Shown here in pieces: positions 50,797 to 64,000 of a stretch of 64,000 nucleotides of DNA. The notes beneath the pieces were generated by a model. It did not search any database and was not told the DNA's origin. It saw only the letters and a list, made by a program, of their open reading frames with translations. A program made the translations under genes and the position numbers. How positions within the stretch are numbered: position 1 is the first letter of the stretch; the number at the start of each line of letters is the position of its first letter. This DNA comes from Octopus bimaculoides (lineage: Eukaryota), in contig NC_068988.1 in the NCBI RefSeq assembly GCF_001194135.2, positions 47,640,928 to 47,704,927 of the forward strand, written 5' to 3'.

Positions 50797-52784
50797 CGAG
50801 ACAAGCTGTTTGAAAGACACTGAACGAAGCTGCACTGAAAATTATGTTCGGTTGCACATGCATTTTTCCATACCCTTTGCCGTGGAAACATGTGCCGTCG
50901 TCGTAGCCATAAAAATATGCTGTTTGACAATGAAAAATAAAAGGAAATGAATTTTGAGGATGTAGCAGTCTCCATATTCTTTATCGTTATAATTATCGTC
51001 AAGATAGACATGTATATTGTTGTGTCTGAGGTGAGTCATTCTGTTTTAATGCCTTTTTAATTAACACACTTACCGGTTCGATTTCCACTCATTTTTTTTT
51101 ATCATAAAATTTTCGTTCCTTCTTGCAACCTATTCAATAGTTGTTAACTATCCGTTATCAGAGATCCGTTCTTTTTGCTAGTTTGTTTGTTAGTTTGTGT
51201 GCGTCTGCGTGCATGTGTATATTCATATGTATGTATGGTTGGATGTGTGTCACCATATGTGTGTTCGTGTAGAGCGTGCGTATGTGTATATGGTCATGTG
51301 TTTCCCTCCCTTTTTCTGGACAGTTCCCACTAAATTTATATTCTGTACAAGATAGGACTTCCAGACAGAAGTTGCAAACCATTAGTATGGATGTATCATA
51401 GCCAGTTTGTAGTTGACAAAGCCCTAATAAGTTAAGCTAAGACATTTTCAGAATTTCTGACAATTTTACAAATTTAGTTTGATCATTAGAGATATTATAT
51501 TTGGGACAACATTTCCACTGCCTCCTTTATTTCTAAAGATAGTAGTGTATGACCTGAAAGAAATTTGGCTGCTATTTCTCGGGGGGTAGAACAACAATAT
51601 CCAGGCTTTCTTTTCTTCTTTCGTCTATTTTAAATGAGTTCGCACCACATTTGTTTCTAACTGAATGTAGAAGTAAAATGGTTAAAAACGTTTTTAACTA
51701 TGATCTCCTACAAGTTCAGATCCACTGTAAATGTTTTAATCCACTTCTGAAGCAGATAATATTTTTCCTTCAATGCTTTAGTTCACCTTTATGTCAAGAA
51801 TAAGTACCTCATCATGTGAATATCCTCAGTACGAAACTGGTGTCCCAGCTCAAAGAATATTTGTCTCTTTTCTACTTAATGCTTTGAATCCAAAGCTAAA
51901 TACTTCTGGATGGCAGCTATACTTGGGCAACTCATTTAGGATTGCCCTCAAAGCAAACAACATCAACAACAACAATAACAAGGCGAAACAGAAGCTGAAC
52001 ATTAAACAGTTCATTAATTGACCACACTAGTTGCAGTGGACATATGTAGTCAATGTGTACCAAACCCTCCTCAAAGTAAAATCCAAATTTAATTACCGAT
52101 ATAAATAACCCACTGTCTTATTTTTATTTCATATTATCCGAGAACCAGAATAAGATATTTCAAGAGAAAGGTGTCAGCCATCTGAACCATTCACACTGTA
52201 GTCTATTCATATGCATCTAATGGTATGCATCATATACATCAATGACTATTTATATGCAATCATTCATATGCATTTGTGTGCATCTATTGCATATATCAGT
52301 AATATTATTAAGATTTCTTAAAGCCAATGCATTTTATTAGAAACAAAGTATATTTTTGAATCTAAATTCAGAATACTGTCTTCTATTTTACTTCCATACA
52401 TTTTATTTCTTTGGTTATTTGCATTCTTTTTTACTTAATTTTTATCTTTATTTTTTTTTATCTTTCCCTTCCTAGGGACAACATACAGCTTTGATATCAT
52501 GCACTTCAGATTTAAATAAATTATTTCCTCCTCGCAAAGTATCTTGTATTTAAATTTTTTACTTATCTTCTTGAATTTGTATGTGTGTAAATATGTATGT
52601 GCTTCCATATGTATAAGCATGTGGATGGATCTCTCTCTCTCCTCATCTCTCTCTATCCCTCTCTCTTTCCCTCCTTCTCCACACATGCACACACACATAT
52701 ACCTAAACACACATACATATATTATTGAGTACATGTGTATCAGAATGTACATATAGTAAGTGCATGAGAGTGTTAATGTATATA

Positions 52785-52883
<99 letters not shown>

Positions 52884-53894
52884 GTTTGTGTATGTGTGTG
52901 TGTATATACATGTATAAGTATGCACATATAGAATTACATATGTATATACCAATGTATTTAGATTCATACATTCTCACTTATATACATATATATGAATAAT
53001 GTGTGTGTGTGTGTGTGAGACAGAGAGAGAGAGGGGGTAGTTTGTGTGTGTATATATATGTGTGTGTGTGTGCACTTATCAATTTCCCATTATATATGTG
53101 TATACATGTGTGTGTATTCAAGCAAGTATACTTATTCAAAAATGTATCGACTTACATATGTATATCTATTTCTATATGCATCTGTGTATGTGTGCATGTG
53201 TGTGCACTTACATGTGTGTGCTACTACTTCTTTGTGCACATTCATGCACACATAAACAGATACACATACGCAAGAAACTACATAAGATAGTTAACGAAGA
53301 TCTACGCAGGTTGTGTATGTCAAAGCCATCCATTGATTTCTAGTCCAGAAATAGGAGCTTCCATCACTGCTAGCAGCCTATCAACTATCAATTTGGCAAT
53401 TTCTCTTCAATAGATTCAGTGTATTTCATTATTTTATTGATTCTCTTAAAAGATGGAATGACTAGTTTTGACCCTGTCAAGAACTGAACTCACAACCATC
53501 AGTACATTTTCTCCATCAAAATCTCTCCCTTTTGTTTCTTTGATTTTATAATCATTCTTCTTTTTGTTGCTGTTATCACCAGTTATATTTCTGTAAGGCA
53601 AGAAGGATGGCAGGGTAACAGATATTGTTGAATTCTGGTGTAGATATGGTTGAGTAATAGATATGATTCTGTACTGGTATAAATGTCTTACAGCATTTAT
53701 TTATGTTCTTTAACATTTAAAGTTCAAATCCCACACATGTTGACATTGCTGATCATTCCTCTGGGGCTAATAAAATAAGAGTGATTCATGAACAAGGGTT
53801 TATAATAGAGACAACAGTGTTTCTTCCTAGCAAAAATGTATTGTGATAATGTTAGAAATCTTTATTATTAACATGGAAGAAAATACTTTCAATG

Positions 53895-54330
53895 TTTATT
53901 TGATCATCAATTATCAGTTTCCTTAACTGGTACAACCGGTCATTGGAGTACCACTCTAGATGCTTTTGCAGTTAGCTGTTGCCATTAGTCTCTGTTCTTC
54001 TCTGTCATGTCTAGCAGGTTCATGGTTTTGTGTCCTGTTCAGTCAGTTGTCTGACCAGGATTTTCCCTGTCTGTCTCTTTTTCACCTTTCCTCATTTGTT
54101 CCCTGAAATACTGTTATGGACAGAGAATTGTGACTGAGTTCGTGAGTATACCAGATAATCTTTCATTTTTCTACTTGTGCAAAGAATGATTCCCTTTGCA
54201 GCATTTACTTGCACCTTGTCATATTCTAACACTGGAATTCTTTTAAGATAAAGATAAACTTTATCTTTTGTCCTTCTGAGCTTAATAATGTAAATATCAA
54301 ACATTAGCTGTTTGATATTTACATTAAGCA
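53895..54330 (-). mobile_element. RTE-clade LINE 3' fragment
   Basis: RIPVLEY..SRKMKDY..QGT..KRDRQGKSWSDN..WQQLTAKASRVV resembles the RTE C-terminus; short TGA-like tail. Confidence 0.6.
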
Positions 54331-54504
54331 TACCTAATTCCTACATTAGAAATCACAAAGAATAGTCTAACAGAAAATAATATAAATTCACTCATATGTA
54401 TGATCTGAGTTCAAATCTTAACTGAATCAACTCTGTCAACACTGGTATCACTTGTCTGTTATGTTTTATTTGTTTTTCATCTATTTATTATCATAACTGT
54501 TGTA

Positions 54505-55759
54505 CAAGGATGGGCTGAAAAGTTCATAGGTTGACTATGAAGGAGTGATGCTAGTGCTGCAAAATTGTACATGCTTTAATTTCAAAACTTCTTATTAATA
54601 ACAGCATTGTTCTTTTCCAGATAAACTGACATCTGACTGTCCAAAGAAGACTTCTGAAGTAATTAGTAGCAACTTTTCTTGAAAATGGACAAATTTGGCA
54701 TCATGGTGTTATGAAGTACCTGTCGTAAAAGGACATTCACATTGACATGGTTACTACATTAGGGGATGACACTCCAGTTTTATCAACAGTGCAAAACTGG
54801 GCAGCTTAATTTAGGAGGGAATGGTGAATCTTCAAGATGACCTAAGGTCTGAACATCTAGCAACTGCTATCACTGCGGTAAATACTGATAATGTTCACTA
54901 CATGGGGATGGATGACAGATGATTGACTATAAATCAAACAGCCAACGCTATTAGCATATCCTCTTGCAGAGTTGAGAATATTCTACACAATAAACTTGGC
55001 ATGAGAAAGGTTTCTACTTGGTTGGTGCCATGTCTTCTGACACTTGATGAAAAGTGCTTCAGGCTGATCACATCATGGGAAAAATTTTCATTGTTTGAGG
55101 CAGATCCAGCTGGTTTCCTTGAACATTTCCTAAGCTAAGATGAGTGCTGGGTTCATGTCTTTCAGCCAGAAACAATGAGGCAATCCATGTAGTGAAAACA
55201 CACATTGCTCACTTGCAACCCCAAAAATTTTTTAAATGGTCATGGTTGCCTCATCTACAAGGAAGGTGATGACCTCGGTTTTATGGGGATGTAGAAAGCA
55301 TTGTGTTTGTTGATTATCTTCAAAAGGTTCACATCAATGGAGAGCACTATGCCAACTTCCTGAGACAGTTACAAAAAGCTATTAAGACCAAAATGCAGGA
55401 AAAGTGACAAAAGGGCCTTGTTTCACCAGGACAATGTTCCACCATACAAACAAGTTCTTGATTTCAATAGCTGTTGTGCATGACCAGGGCTTGATCACCC
55501 TCTCTATTCTCTTGATTTAGACCCATCTGACGTTCATCTGTTTCTCTAACAGGAAAAAGCAATTAGCTGGGAATCACTATTGCAGTGGTGATGACATCAT
55601 ATCTTCTGTTGATGACTTTTCACCAATGGGATGCAAACACAGCAACTCCAATGGAAGAAATGAGTGTACCACAAGGGAGACTACGTTGAAAAATAGACCT
55701 TATTTGGTCACATTCTGTGAGTATCTTAGTCAGCCTTTGAACTTTTCAAATGACCCATA
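54505..55759 (+). mobile_element. Full-length decayed mariner (irritans/Himar-like), 1255 bp
   Basis: TA at 54503-54504 and 55760-55761; imperfect TIRs sharing GAAAAGTTCAWAGGYTGACTA. Confidence 0.9.
54685..55696 (+). pseudogene. Mariner transposase pseudogene
   Basis: MDK..DDLRS..RVENILHNKLGMRKVSTWLVPCLLT (WVPRLLT), DECWVH, LFHQDN, YSLDLDPSD (YSPDLAPSD), GDYVEK*. Multiple stops and indels. Confidence 0.9.
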
Positions 55760-56734
55760 TACTAATTATTGTTGGTACTGCATTTGCTTGTATGCTCCAC
55801 ACCAATATTAATTTCAATATGAAAGTGTTTGTGCTTTCAGTTTTTTTACATTTCTTGGTGACAAAGTTTTAGTCAGAATAGATGGAGAAGGTTATCAAAA
55901 GGTAGAGCCATTTCATTTAGTACTTTAGAATTATATTTGGATGGTTGATCTCAAAGTTCTTACCAGTTGGAACAGTCTTGGCTCAGATGATTACAACGAA
56001 ATTGTTACCGTATACCATTTCCTTATTTTTTACGTGTTTATAAAACTTCATAAATATTTTCTTAGTTAAGTACCAGGATATTGCCCAGTTGACATCACTT
56101 CCAACTCAATTATGTCTGTGAATATACTCAGACATAGCAATGACAGGTAGTCGACAATGAAGAGGTCAGCCATGTCATTGTAACAGTTACATTGTCTGCA
56201 CTTAATGTAAGCATTGTGTTTTCAATATCTTACATTGTAGTTGTCTGGAGCAAGCATCGGACTCTTGCACTTAAAACTAGATCCGCTGTTTCTTAATTTT
56301 TGCTTTTAGTTCAGAGCTTTGAGCTGCTGTTGGCATTCACTCTGATATATTACTCTCTACCAAAAGTTTTTCTATAGTTTTTATCTCCCCATTTGTTTTT
56401 TAGTATATTATAGAAAACAATTTTGATTTTGATTTTCATTTTTTTTTATGTTCTTATGACATACATAGATATATTTTTTCAACTAAGTTTTCACTTTATT
56501 CATTATTGTTTTCTTAGAGATATAAGTGTTTTGTGTCTGTGTGTTTGCTTATTACTCTAATTGTTTTTTCTTTGTTTACTTCTAAGTATGTTTTCTAGTC
56601 TCTCAGTCTCACTTGTTATTTAGTAGCAGATTTCTGCTTGTAATGAACACCAGATTTGATGTGATGGGTTCAGAACACTGTATGTAATCTCCTACATTTG
56701 TTTTCTTCTTCTTCTTCTTTTAATTATTATTATT

Positions 56735-57153
56735 GATTGAGAGAGCAGTACATGCTATCAAAGTGACATTGGGGTAAAATATACAAAACCCAGTATACAC
56801 ATTGTTGTGACGACCCATCCGACAAGGGCACACCAGGCACATGTATCACAACCATATGTGTGCAACATAAGTCATGTGCTGTTGATCGTGTATCAAGATA
56901 AACAGCACATGACTTTGAAGGTGGCACTCAGTTTGAATTTTCTTCAGGTTAAGTAGCCCATCCCACTCAAAAGGTCTTTGAATAAGAGTTGTTTAATGAT
57001 GATGAATGAAACACCCACGTTTCCAGAGGTGAATTATTCAAACTCCAAAGAATTCCTCTCAACACATAGCTATGATGCTCCCCCACTACTTCTGCTCGTG
57101 ATCAGAGATGCACATATCAAATGCTCCCCACACTAGTTCTGTTATGATCAGAG
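56735..57153 (-). mobile_element. Unclassified retroposon 3' segment flanked on both sides by (ATT)n
   Basis: Unique GC-richer block between (ATT)n at 56722-56734 and 57154-57194; includes a tandem duplication of about 35 bp (ATGCTCCCC..GATCAGAGAT) at 57075-57155. The retroposon call is inference. Confidence 0.35.
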
Positions 57154-57194
57154 ATATTATTATTATTATCATTATTATTATTATTATTATTATT

Positions 57195-57410
57195 CATTTG
57201 AGCGTGGCCGTTGCCAGTACCACCTGACTGGCCTTCGTGCAGGTGACACGTAAAAGCACCCACTACACTCTCTGAGTGGTTGGCGTTAGGAAGGGCATCC
57301 AGCTGTAGAAACTCTGCCAAATCAGATTGGAGCCTGGTGTTACCATCCGGTTTCACCAGTCCTCAGTCAAATCGTCCAATCCATGCTAGCATGGAAAGCA
57401 GACGTTAAAC

Positions 57411-57460
<50 letters not shown>
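57195..57460 (+). mobile_element. Retroposon family D with (GAT)n tail
   Basis: Ends GGAAAGCAGACGTTAAAC(GAT)n; second copy at 50405-50705. Confidence 0.85.
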
Positions 57461-57462
<2 letters not shown>

Positions 57463-57624
57463 CTAAGTTCAAATTCTATTGAGGTCAGCTTTGCGTTCAT
57501 AGTTTTGTAGTTGATAATTAAAGTATCAGTGAAACACTGAGGTTGATTTAATTGACTAGTCTCCTCCCACAAATATCAAGGTTTGTACTTTCAGTAGAAG
57601 GGATTATTGTTATTATTAGTATTA

Positions 57625-57810
57625 AGGTGGGAAGTTGGCAGAATTCTTATCCCACTGGGCTTAGCAGCATTTCGCGTCTTTATGTTCTGAGTTCAAATTC
57701 TGCCTCTCATCCTTTCAGGGTCGATAAAATAAGTACCAGTCAAGCACTAGGGTAGATGTAATTGACTTAATCCCTCCCCACCAAATTTAAGGCCTTGCAC
57801 CTGTAGTAGA
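57625..57810 (+). mobile_element. SINE family A copy
   Basis: AAGTTGGCAGAAT..CTGAGTTCAAATTC..CCTTTCAGGGTCGATAAAATAAGTACCAG; further fragments near 26270, 38640, 38930, 39580, 43075, 57460 and 58020. Confidence 0.75.
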
Positions 57811-58639
57811 ATGGATTATTAGTATTGTTGTTGTTATGATCATCATCATCATTGCCGTCGTCGTTGTCGTCATCATCATCATCAGCAGCAGCAGCAGCAG
57901 CTATAGCAGCAGTAGCAGTAGTAGAATTGTGTATGAGTATATTACTGGGATTGATATAATTAAACCCCCTCCCTAAAATTGCTGGTCACACGTCTTAATT
58001 TGTAACTACTACTACTAAATTAGTGTGGTGAATTGACAGAATTGTTACACCATTGTAAACATATCTTGTTTTGTTCTTGTTTTTTTTTAGATTCTGAGTT
58101 GGAATCCCATCGAGGTCAACATTATTTTTCACCATTCCAAGGCCAATAGAATAAAATTCCAGTCAAGTACTGATGTCTTTTGAACCCAATCTCTGCTTCT
58201 TCAAAATGCCCTTCCTTTTTTCATGTATTGTATTTATTAGTGTTGTTTTGAATCCTTGAGGAAATATTAATTTCTAATAAGGTGGTAAATTATATTATAT
58301 ATGACAAATAGCCATCATAGAATATAGAATCCATATTATATTTTCCAAAATTTATTGGTGACAGAATTCTTGTTTATTTATTTTTTTTTTATCTTTCTGT
58401 TTTAAATTTCTAGCTTCTGTTGTTTTAAGTGAACATCTTTTAATAATGTCATTATTCTGAAATCCTATAACTGCATCAGACTTCCAAATTTGAGTTTAAA
58501 GCAATCCATTGTCAATTAAAGTCAACAGATACACACGCATATTCATAATATTCTCACCCAGGCATGTGTAAGGTTTTTTTTTTTTTTTTGAGAAGCTGGT
58601 TGCATGAGACATGGCTCATCTTCAGACATGCAGCACTAC

Positions 58640-58910
58640 TTTTGTATTCTTGAGCAAGATAGTTTATTTCATGTGGGTCCAGTTCACTCAACTGTGGAAA
58701 TGAGTTGCAACATCACTGGTGCCAAGTTGTATCAGCCTTTGCTTTTCCTTTGGATAGCATCAGTAGCATGGAGGGGGGAGGCTGGTATGCATAGGCAACT
58801 GCTTGCCTTCCATAAACAACCTTGCTCAGACTTGTGCCTTGGAGGGTAACTTTCTAGGTGCAATTCTATGGTCATTTATGACCAAAGTGGGGTCTTTACT
58901 TTACTACATT
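58640..58910 (+). mobile_element. 5'-truncated CORE-like SINE
   Basis: TATTCTTGAGCAAGATAGTTTATTTCATGTGGGTCCAGTTCACTCAACTG matches the CORE-like block at about 16830. Confidence 0.5.
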
Positions 58911-58949
58911 TCTGGATCTAGTGTTCAGTAAGTCTGATGGAGAGATGGA

Positions 58950-59990
58950 CTATAAAAGTTATTTTGCTAACGATCCAAGCTTATTGTAATCTTCGAAATA
59001 AACTGGGTAAATTGGCAGAGTTTTTTCTAATCCATTCCTGCCATGCCTGTTCCTTTTATCTGCAACAGTGTGCATTTCAACTCTATAACCTTTCACTTTA
59101 TTTCTGAATGTGTATCAAATGAAAGAACCAACAGAACCAGATATTCTTGTGCCATCATAGGTCCCTGTAGGGATCTTAATTATTTCTTTATGATGCTTCT
59201 TGACCAAGTAGGAATCATAAAATGATAATGATTTTCGTTTATCCATAATTGTAATAATATTGGTCTCAGCTTTTGTAATAGGCATTTTGCTGAATTCTTG
59301 TCAATAGCATGTAAGAAAAGATTCCCAGAGAATACTGCAGTTTCAGTCAATTTGCTCTCGATTTACTCAACTAAACTTCTTGTACACTACCTCCTGTATT
59401 GAGTACTTTCCCTTGTTTATTGCTATTACAGTGAGATTTGATTGGTATTTAACTAATGGACGTCTGCCATTCAGAAGCCCAAAACGGGGCAAAATTACAT
59501 GATCTGACAGTTTTGGTAGCTCTAGCAGACGATTCTTATCTCTCAGCAATATAAATACAAGTGTTTTTATTTACCACAAATTCATACAAGAGGTTCTCTC
59601 TAGATAAATAACACAATATTCAGTGTTCTAATTTAACATGCATGTTAAGGTGAGCATAAAGATTGCTTTTGGTATTAATAATGCTTTATTTTTAATAAGC
59701 CTACATAATAATTAGAAATAAGTTAAATGCATATAACTGCTACATCAAAGGAAACAAGGACACATATCCGGCAGAAACACTTGTGAGAGTGGAATTTTAT
59801 AAGAATAATGCTTTAATAAATCAATTTTGAAGTTGTATAATTCTCCATTCTTCCTTATTATGTCTTCATTATATACTCTGAGTGCTGCATGAAATCCAAT
59901 GAAGTGAACTACCATGTAATCGTTTATCTTAAATGATTCTAAATGTTCCCTTTTCATTCGATGTGGTTGGCCAGATCTGTATTGTATCAT
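58950..59990 (-). pseudogene. Penelope-like element reverse transcriptase remnant
   Basis: ITKAETNIITIMDKRKSLSFYDSYLVKK..IPTGTYDGTRISGSVGSFI resembles II.HARKSLLF..W.KK..TMGSYDGAEICELVGLF. Upstream KLSDH..LLN (TLKDH..RLIN) and EHLESFKIND..MV..IGF. Confidence 0.7.
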
Positions 59991-60036
59991 AGTGCTAATA
60001 AGATACTCATGTAGGTTTCAAATCTCTATTCCTTTA

Positions 60037-60099
<63 letters not shown>

Positions 60100-60101
60100 G
60101 T

Positions 60102-60141
<40 letters not shown>

Positions 60142-60816
60142 CAGACAGAGAGACAGACACCTACTTACATACATTATATATAAAGTGAGAGAGAAAGAAA
60201 GAGAGAGAGAGAGGCAGACAAGCAGACAGTGATATGAAACAGAGTGGGATGAATACCATCAAGTATTGATTGATGAAGGGGTAATGTGGAAGAGTGATGG
60301 ATAGCAATAAAGATGGGTGATAGACAGAGAGAATGATTGATGTCAATAATGAGTGATAAAAGGATAATCATAGAAAAGAGTGAGGAGGAAGTCTAACAAG
60401 AAAAAAAAGATGATAGTAATGCGTAATGGGTGGATGAGAAAGTGTGATGGTTTAGCAATAAAGAAGTGTGATCATCAGGAGGATTAAATACAGACATTTC
60501 CACAGCCATCCCCTGTTACATATGCAGTACTTTGNNNNNNNNNNNNNNNNNNNNNNNNNNNNNNNNNNNNNNNNNNNNNNNNNNNNNNNNNNNNNNNNNN
60601 NNNNNNNNNNNNNNNNNNNNNNNNNNNNNNNNNNNNNNNNNNNNNNNNNNNNNNNNNNNNNNNNNNNNNNNNNNNNNNNNNNNNNNNNNNNNNNNNNNNN
60701 NNNNNNNNNNNNNNNNNNNNNNNNNNNNNNNNNNNNNNNNNNNNNNNNNNNNNNNNNNNNNNNNNNNNNNNNNNNNNNNNNNNNNNNNNNNNNNNNNNNN
60801 NNNNNNNNNNNNNNNN

Positions 60817-60926
<110 letters not shown>

Positions 60927-61048
60927 CACACACATATATATATGCATATATATGTAAATTCATGCATATTTATATAACCAAAACTATTACTGCCTTCATA
61001 TTTTTCTTATTGCCTTTATGTAATTCTTTGATACCTCCTAACCATTAC

Positions 61049-61090
<42 letters not shown>

Positions 61091-63968
61091 GCTCATACAA
61101 ATGTATATCATACTAGCACACGCATGCACACACACACACACACAGATATGCACATGTGTATATTACATGAATGTGTGTGTGCATTTATGCGCATATACAT
61201 ATATGAATTCATATTTAAGCAGAGAATGAGAGCAATAGTTTGAGAGTATCAAAGAGTTACATAGGGAGAAAGATAAAAAGGCATGCAGACTGACAGACAA
61301 ATAGAACATAGCTCAGAGAAGATAAAAAGCAAATGATAAAGACCGACCTCATAAAATATAGAAAGAATATGTTTGATAGAGAGCAAAGGAGAGATAGTAA
61401 TACAGAAAGGAAAAGAGAGCTACATAGATAGAGAGGGCAAGAGATAGAGAGAGACAGTGTGTGTCAGAGAGAAAGAGGGGTAACACAAGAAGTACATGGG
61501 CTGGGTAGAAGATGTTGGTTCAAAGTGAAATGGAATAATATCAAAAAAAAAAAAAAGAAAAGAAAAAGATTCCCAAGAAATCATGAAGACGGAAAAAATG
61601 GTAAAATTGTTCCAATGTTAAAAATAACTTCAGCAATTTCCTAATTATGTCCACCGATTATTCTATTTTTATTCTCACACCAAAGACAAGATGTTTCACA
61701 CACACACACACACACACTCACTCACAAAGATAGAAGCAGCCTCATACAGATGTATGCATGTGCTTACGCATAGGCATTCACATAGACATGAGCATGCATG
61801 CATGCACTTACAGATTCACACATGTGCAGAAACACGCTTGCATACATATATATTGATACACAATCTCATACAAATACAAATACACATTCACACATACATA
61901 CATACACTCAAACATACAGACACACATCTGAATTCAGACATACATGCATACCCTTATGTGCACACATATGAACACACATACGTGCACAAATATATATGCA
62001 CCAACCAAACAAACAAAAAAAAATGATTTGAGAGATAGCTGGAAGAAATTAATGGAACTACCATTTCTTGTCTCTAAACAAGATTCCATGGTGGAATGAC
62101 TCCAGCAAAACTAGAGGCAACAACATTGCTATGAATCTGCTCACATTTCTGTAATTAGAATTAATAAGAAAAAATATAGGACCAGAATGGAAGGAAAAGA
62201 AAGATAAAGAAAGGAAACATAGTAGACTGCTTAAGGAAGATAGATAGGGTGGTAGAAGGAGGGAGAGAGAAAGAGAGAGATACAGAAAATGAACTGATGA
62301 AAGCATTTTAAAATTGTATTTTTGTTTTTTTCAATAAGTCCTCATTGATATTCATTTAAACTGGATTTTATATCATGAAAACATCATTTGCACACAGCAT
62401 AGATAAATTAGAGTGCATGCTACATGCATACATATATACATAGATGTGTACATGTGCGTGTGTGTTTTTGTATGTGTGCATGTGTGTGTGTGTATTTTTT
62501 TTATTTTTAACCAGCAAGAAGTTACGCAAGTGACTCAAGGGCCAGCAGTTCCATGCAGGGCACTCATCAAATATGTATGAAAGTGTGTGTGTGTGTGTGT
62601 GTGTGTGTATCTGCATGTGCTGTGTACGTGAATGCATGTGTGTGTGTGTGCATATGTGTGTTTTAGTGTTCCAATTTAAACAGCAAACGGTTGGAAATGT
62701 GTAGTTTAATTACTTTAAATTTATCTTGGGTTTTTTTTTCATACATTCTGTGCTATGCATAAATATTCATTAACTATTTTATCACTTGCTGACAAACACA
62801 TAGTATGCAAATTAGTCTAACCATTACAGCAAGATTCAAGCTTGGCTTCGATTTAAAAAGCAATTTGCTATATATTTGCCTTATGATGGAGGAATGAGTG
62901 AAATACTTGTCTCAGGGTAAATGGTCAACAAACTGCAGCACATATTAGGATGATTTCCTTCATGTATTACTGAATAATTAGTTGTGTCCATGTCTCATTA
63001 ATGTTCAATAGCAAAAGACTGAAAACTATAGTTTAACTACTTTGAATTTATCTTATTTGATATATATATATATATATATATATACTGTCTAAGAATCCAT
63101 AAGTCAGAAAAAATAATACTTCATATATTTTTCAATAGAGTAGGTATATTAATCAAAATGTGCAGCTTTCTATATGCATTACGCTTGATCTTACCACTCA
63201 GTTTCACACTAGGGGGTTCAATGGAGTGTTAAATAACATCCTAATTATGTAACCTTGTGCTCTTCAGAGATTGCAGTTATGGAATGAAACATGGCAACTG
63301 CTCTCTATTGTTGGAGGAGAAAAACACATCTGGTTTGTAGTTGCTGTAAAAAAGATGGTGGACTGATCCAATCTATCCAATGTTTATTTGCTTCCATTAC
63401 TGGCTGCATATTTTTGCGAACTACATCTGCCAACATTACAAAGTAACTCCAAGCTTCCAGAAACAGCTGTCAGACTTGGCACACCATATTTTCTCCCTTT
63501 TAATTTTTTCGCATCTTTGTACACTGTATAAGTTTGCTCTATTGATATATAAATATCTATATATTTATACTTGAATATTCATTGTCTGAAATTTTTCAGT
63601 CTTTGCCTTCTCTCTATTTACATGTAATATGCATAGATATTTTTTATATTTAATCCAATGAGTTTTATCCATTTATCTGCATCGTTATTTTCACACCTAC
63701 TCACCTAGATTCTTCTTATAGCCACTCTTTATCCCCCACAGACTTGGTCCTCAGTAAAAGCTATGGATTGTATGTTCAAATCATTTGAGCTCAATAAGTT
63801 TTTTCTATATTGAGAATCTCTGAAGCTCAAGCTTTCTTGTATAAAAAGGAAATATAAAAATATGGAAATTTAACCCAGACACCCTGTATATAAACACACA
63901 TGAACACACACATACACACACATGTGCGCATGCACACGCACGCACATATACATATATATATATATATA

Positions 63969-64000
<32 letters not shown>

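Noticed and set aside
59108-59380. Several in-frame TGA codons in the PLE RT remnant as possible Sec codons
   Set aside because: They do not align to Cys (one aligns to Leu), and the region is frameshifted; consistent with decay.

Overview
Animal genomic DNA from a draft assembly with 11 N-gaps (about 3.5 kb). It is AT-rich and dense in microsatellites. The repeat content is most consistent with an octopus/cephalopod genome (inference, not verified). No complete host gene, rRNA, tRNA gene or CRISPR array is visible, and most track ORFs are microsatellite or gap artefacts. The window is a graveyard of mobile elements: several tRNA-derived SINE families, decayed LINEs (CR1/L2-, I/Jockey-, RTE- and RLE/R4-type), Tc1/mariner copies and MITEs, and a full-length decayed Chapaev3-type transposon nested in the TIR of a mariner derivative. 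It also holds three separate pieces of Penelope-like retroelements (PLEs). These are a reverse transcriptase remnant, a GIY-YIG endonuclease remnant with TGA at or near conserved Cys positions, and an inverted pair of pseudo-LTR-like arms each carrying a hammerhead ribozyme motif. A few isolated splice-signal-bounded segments may be exons of a long-intron gene. All assignments come from manual translation and motif recognition; no database searches were run, and coordinates of decayed elements are approximate.
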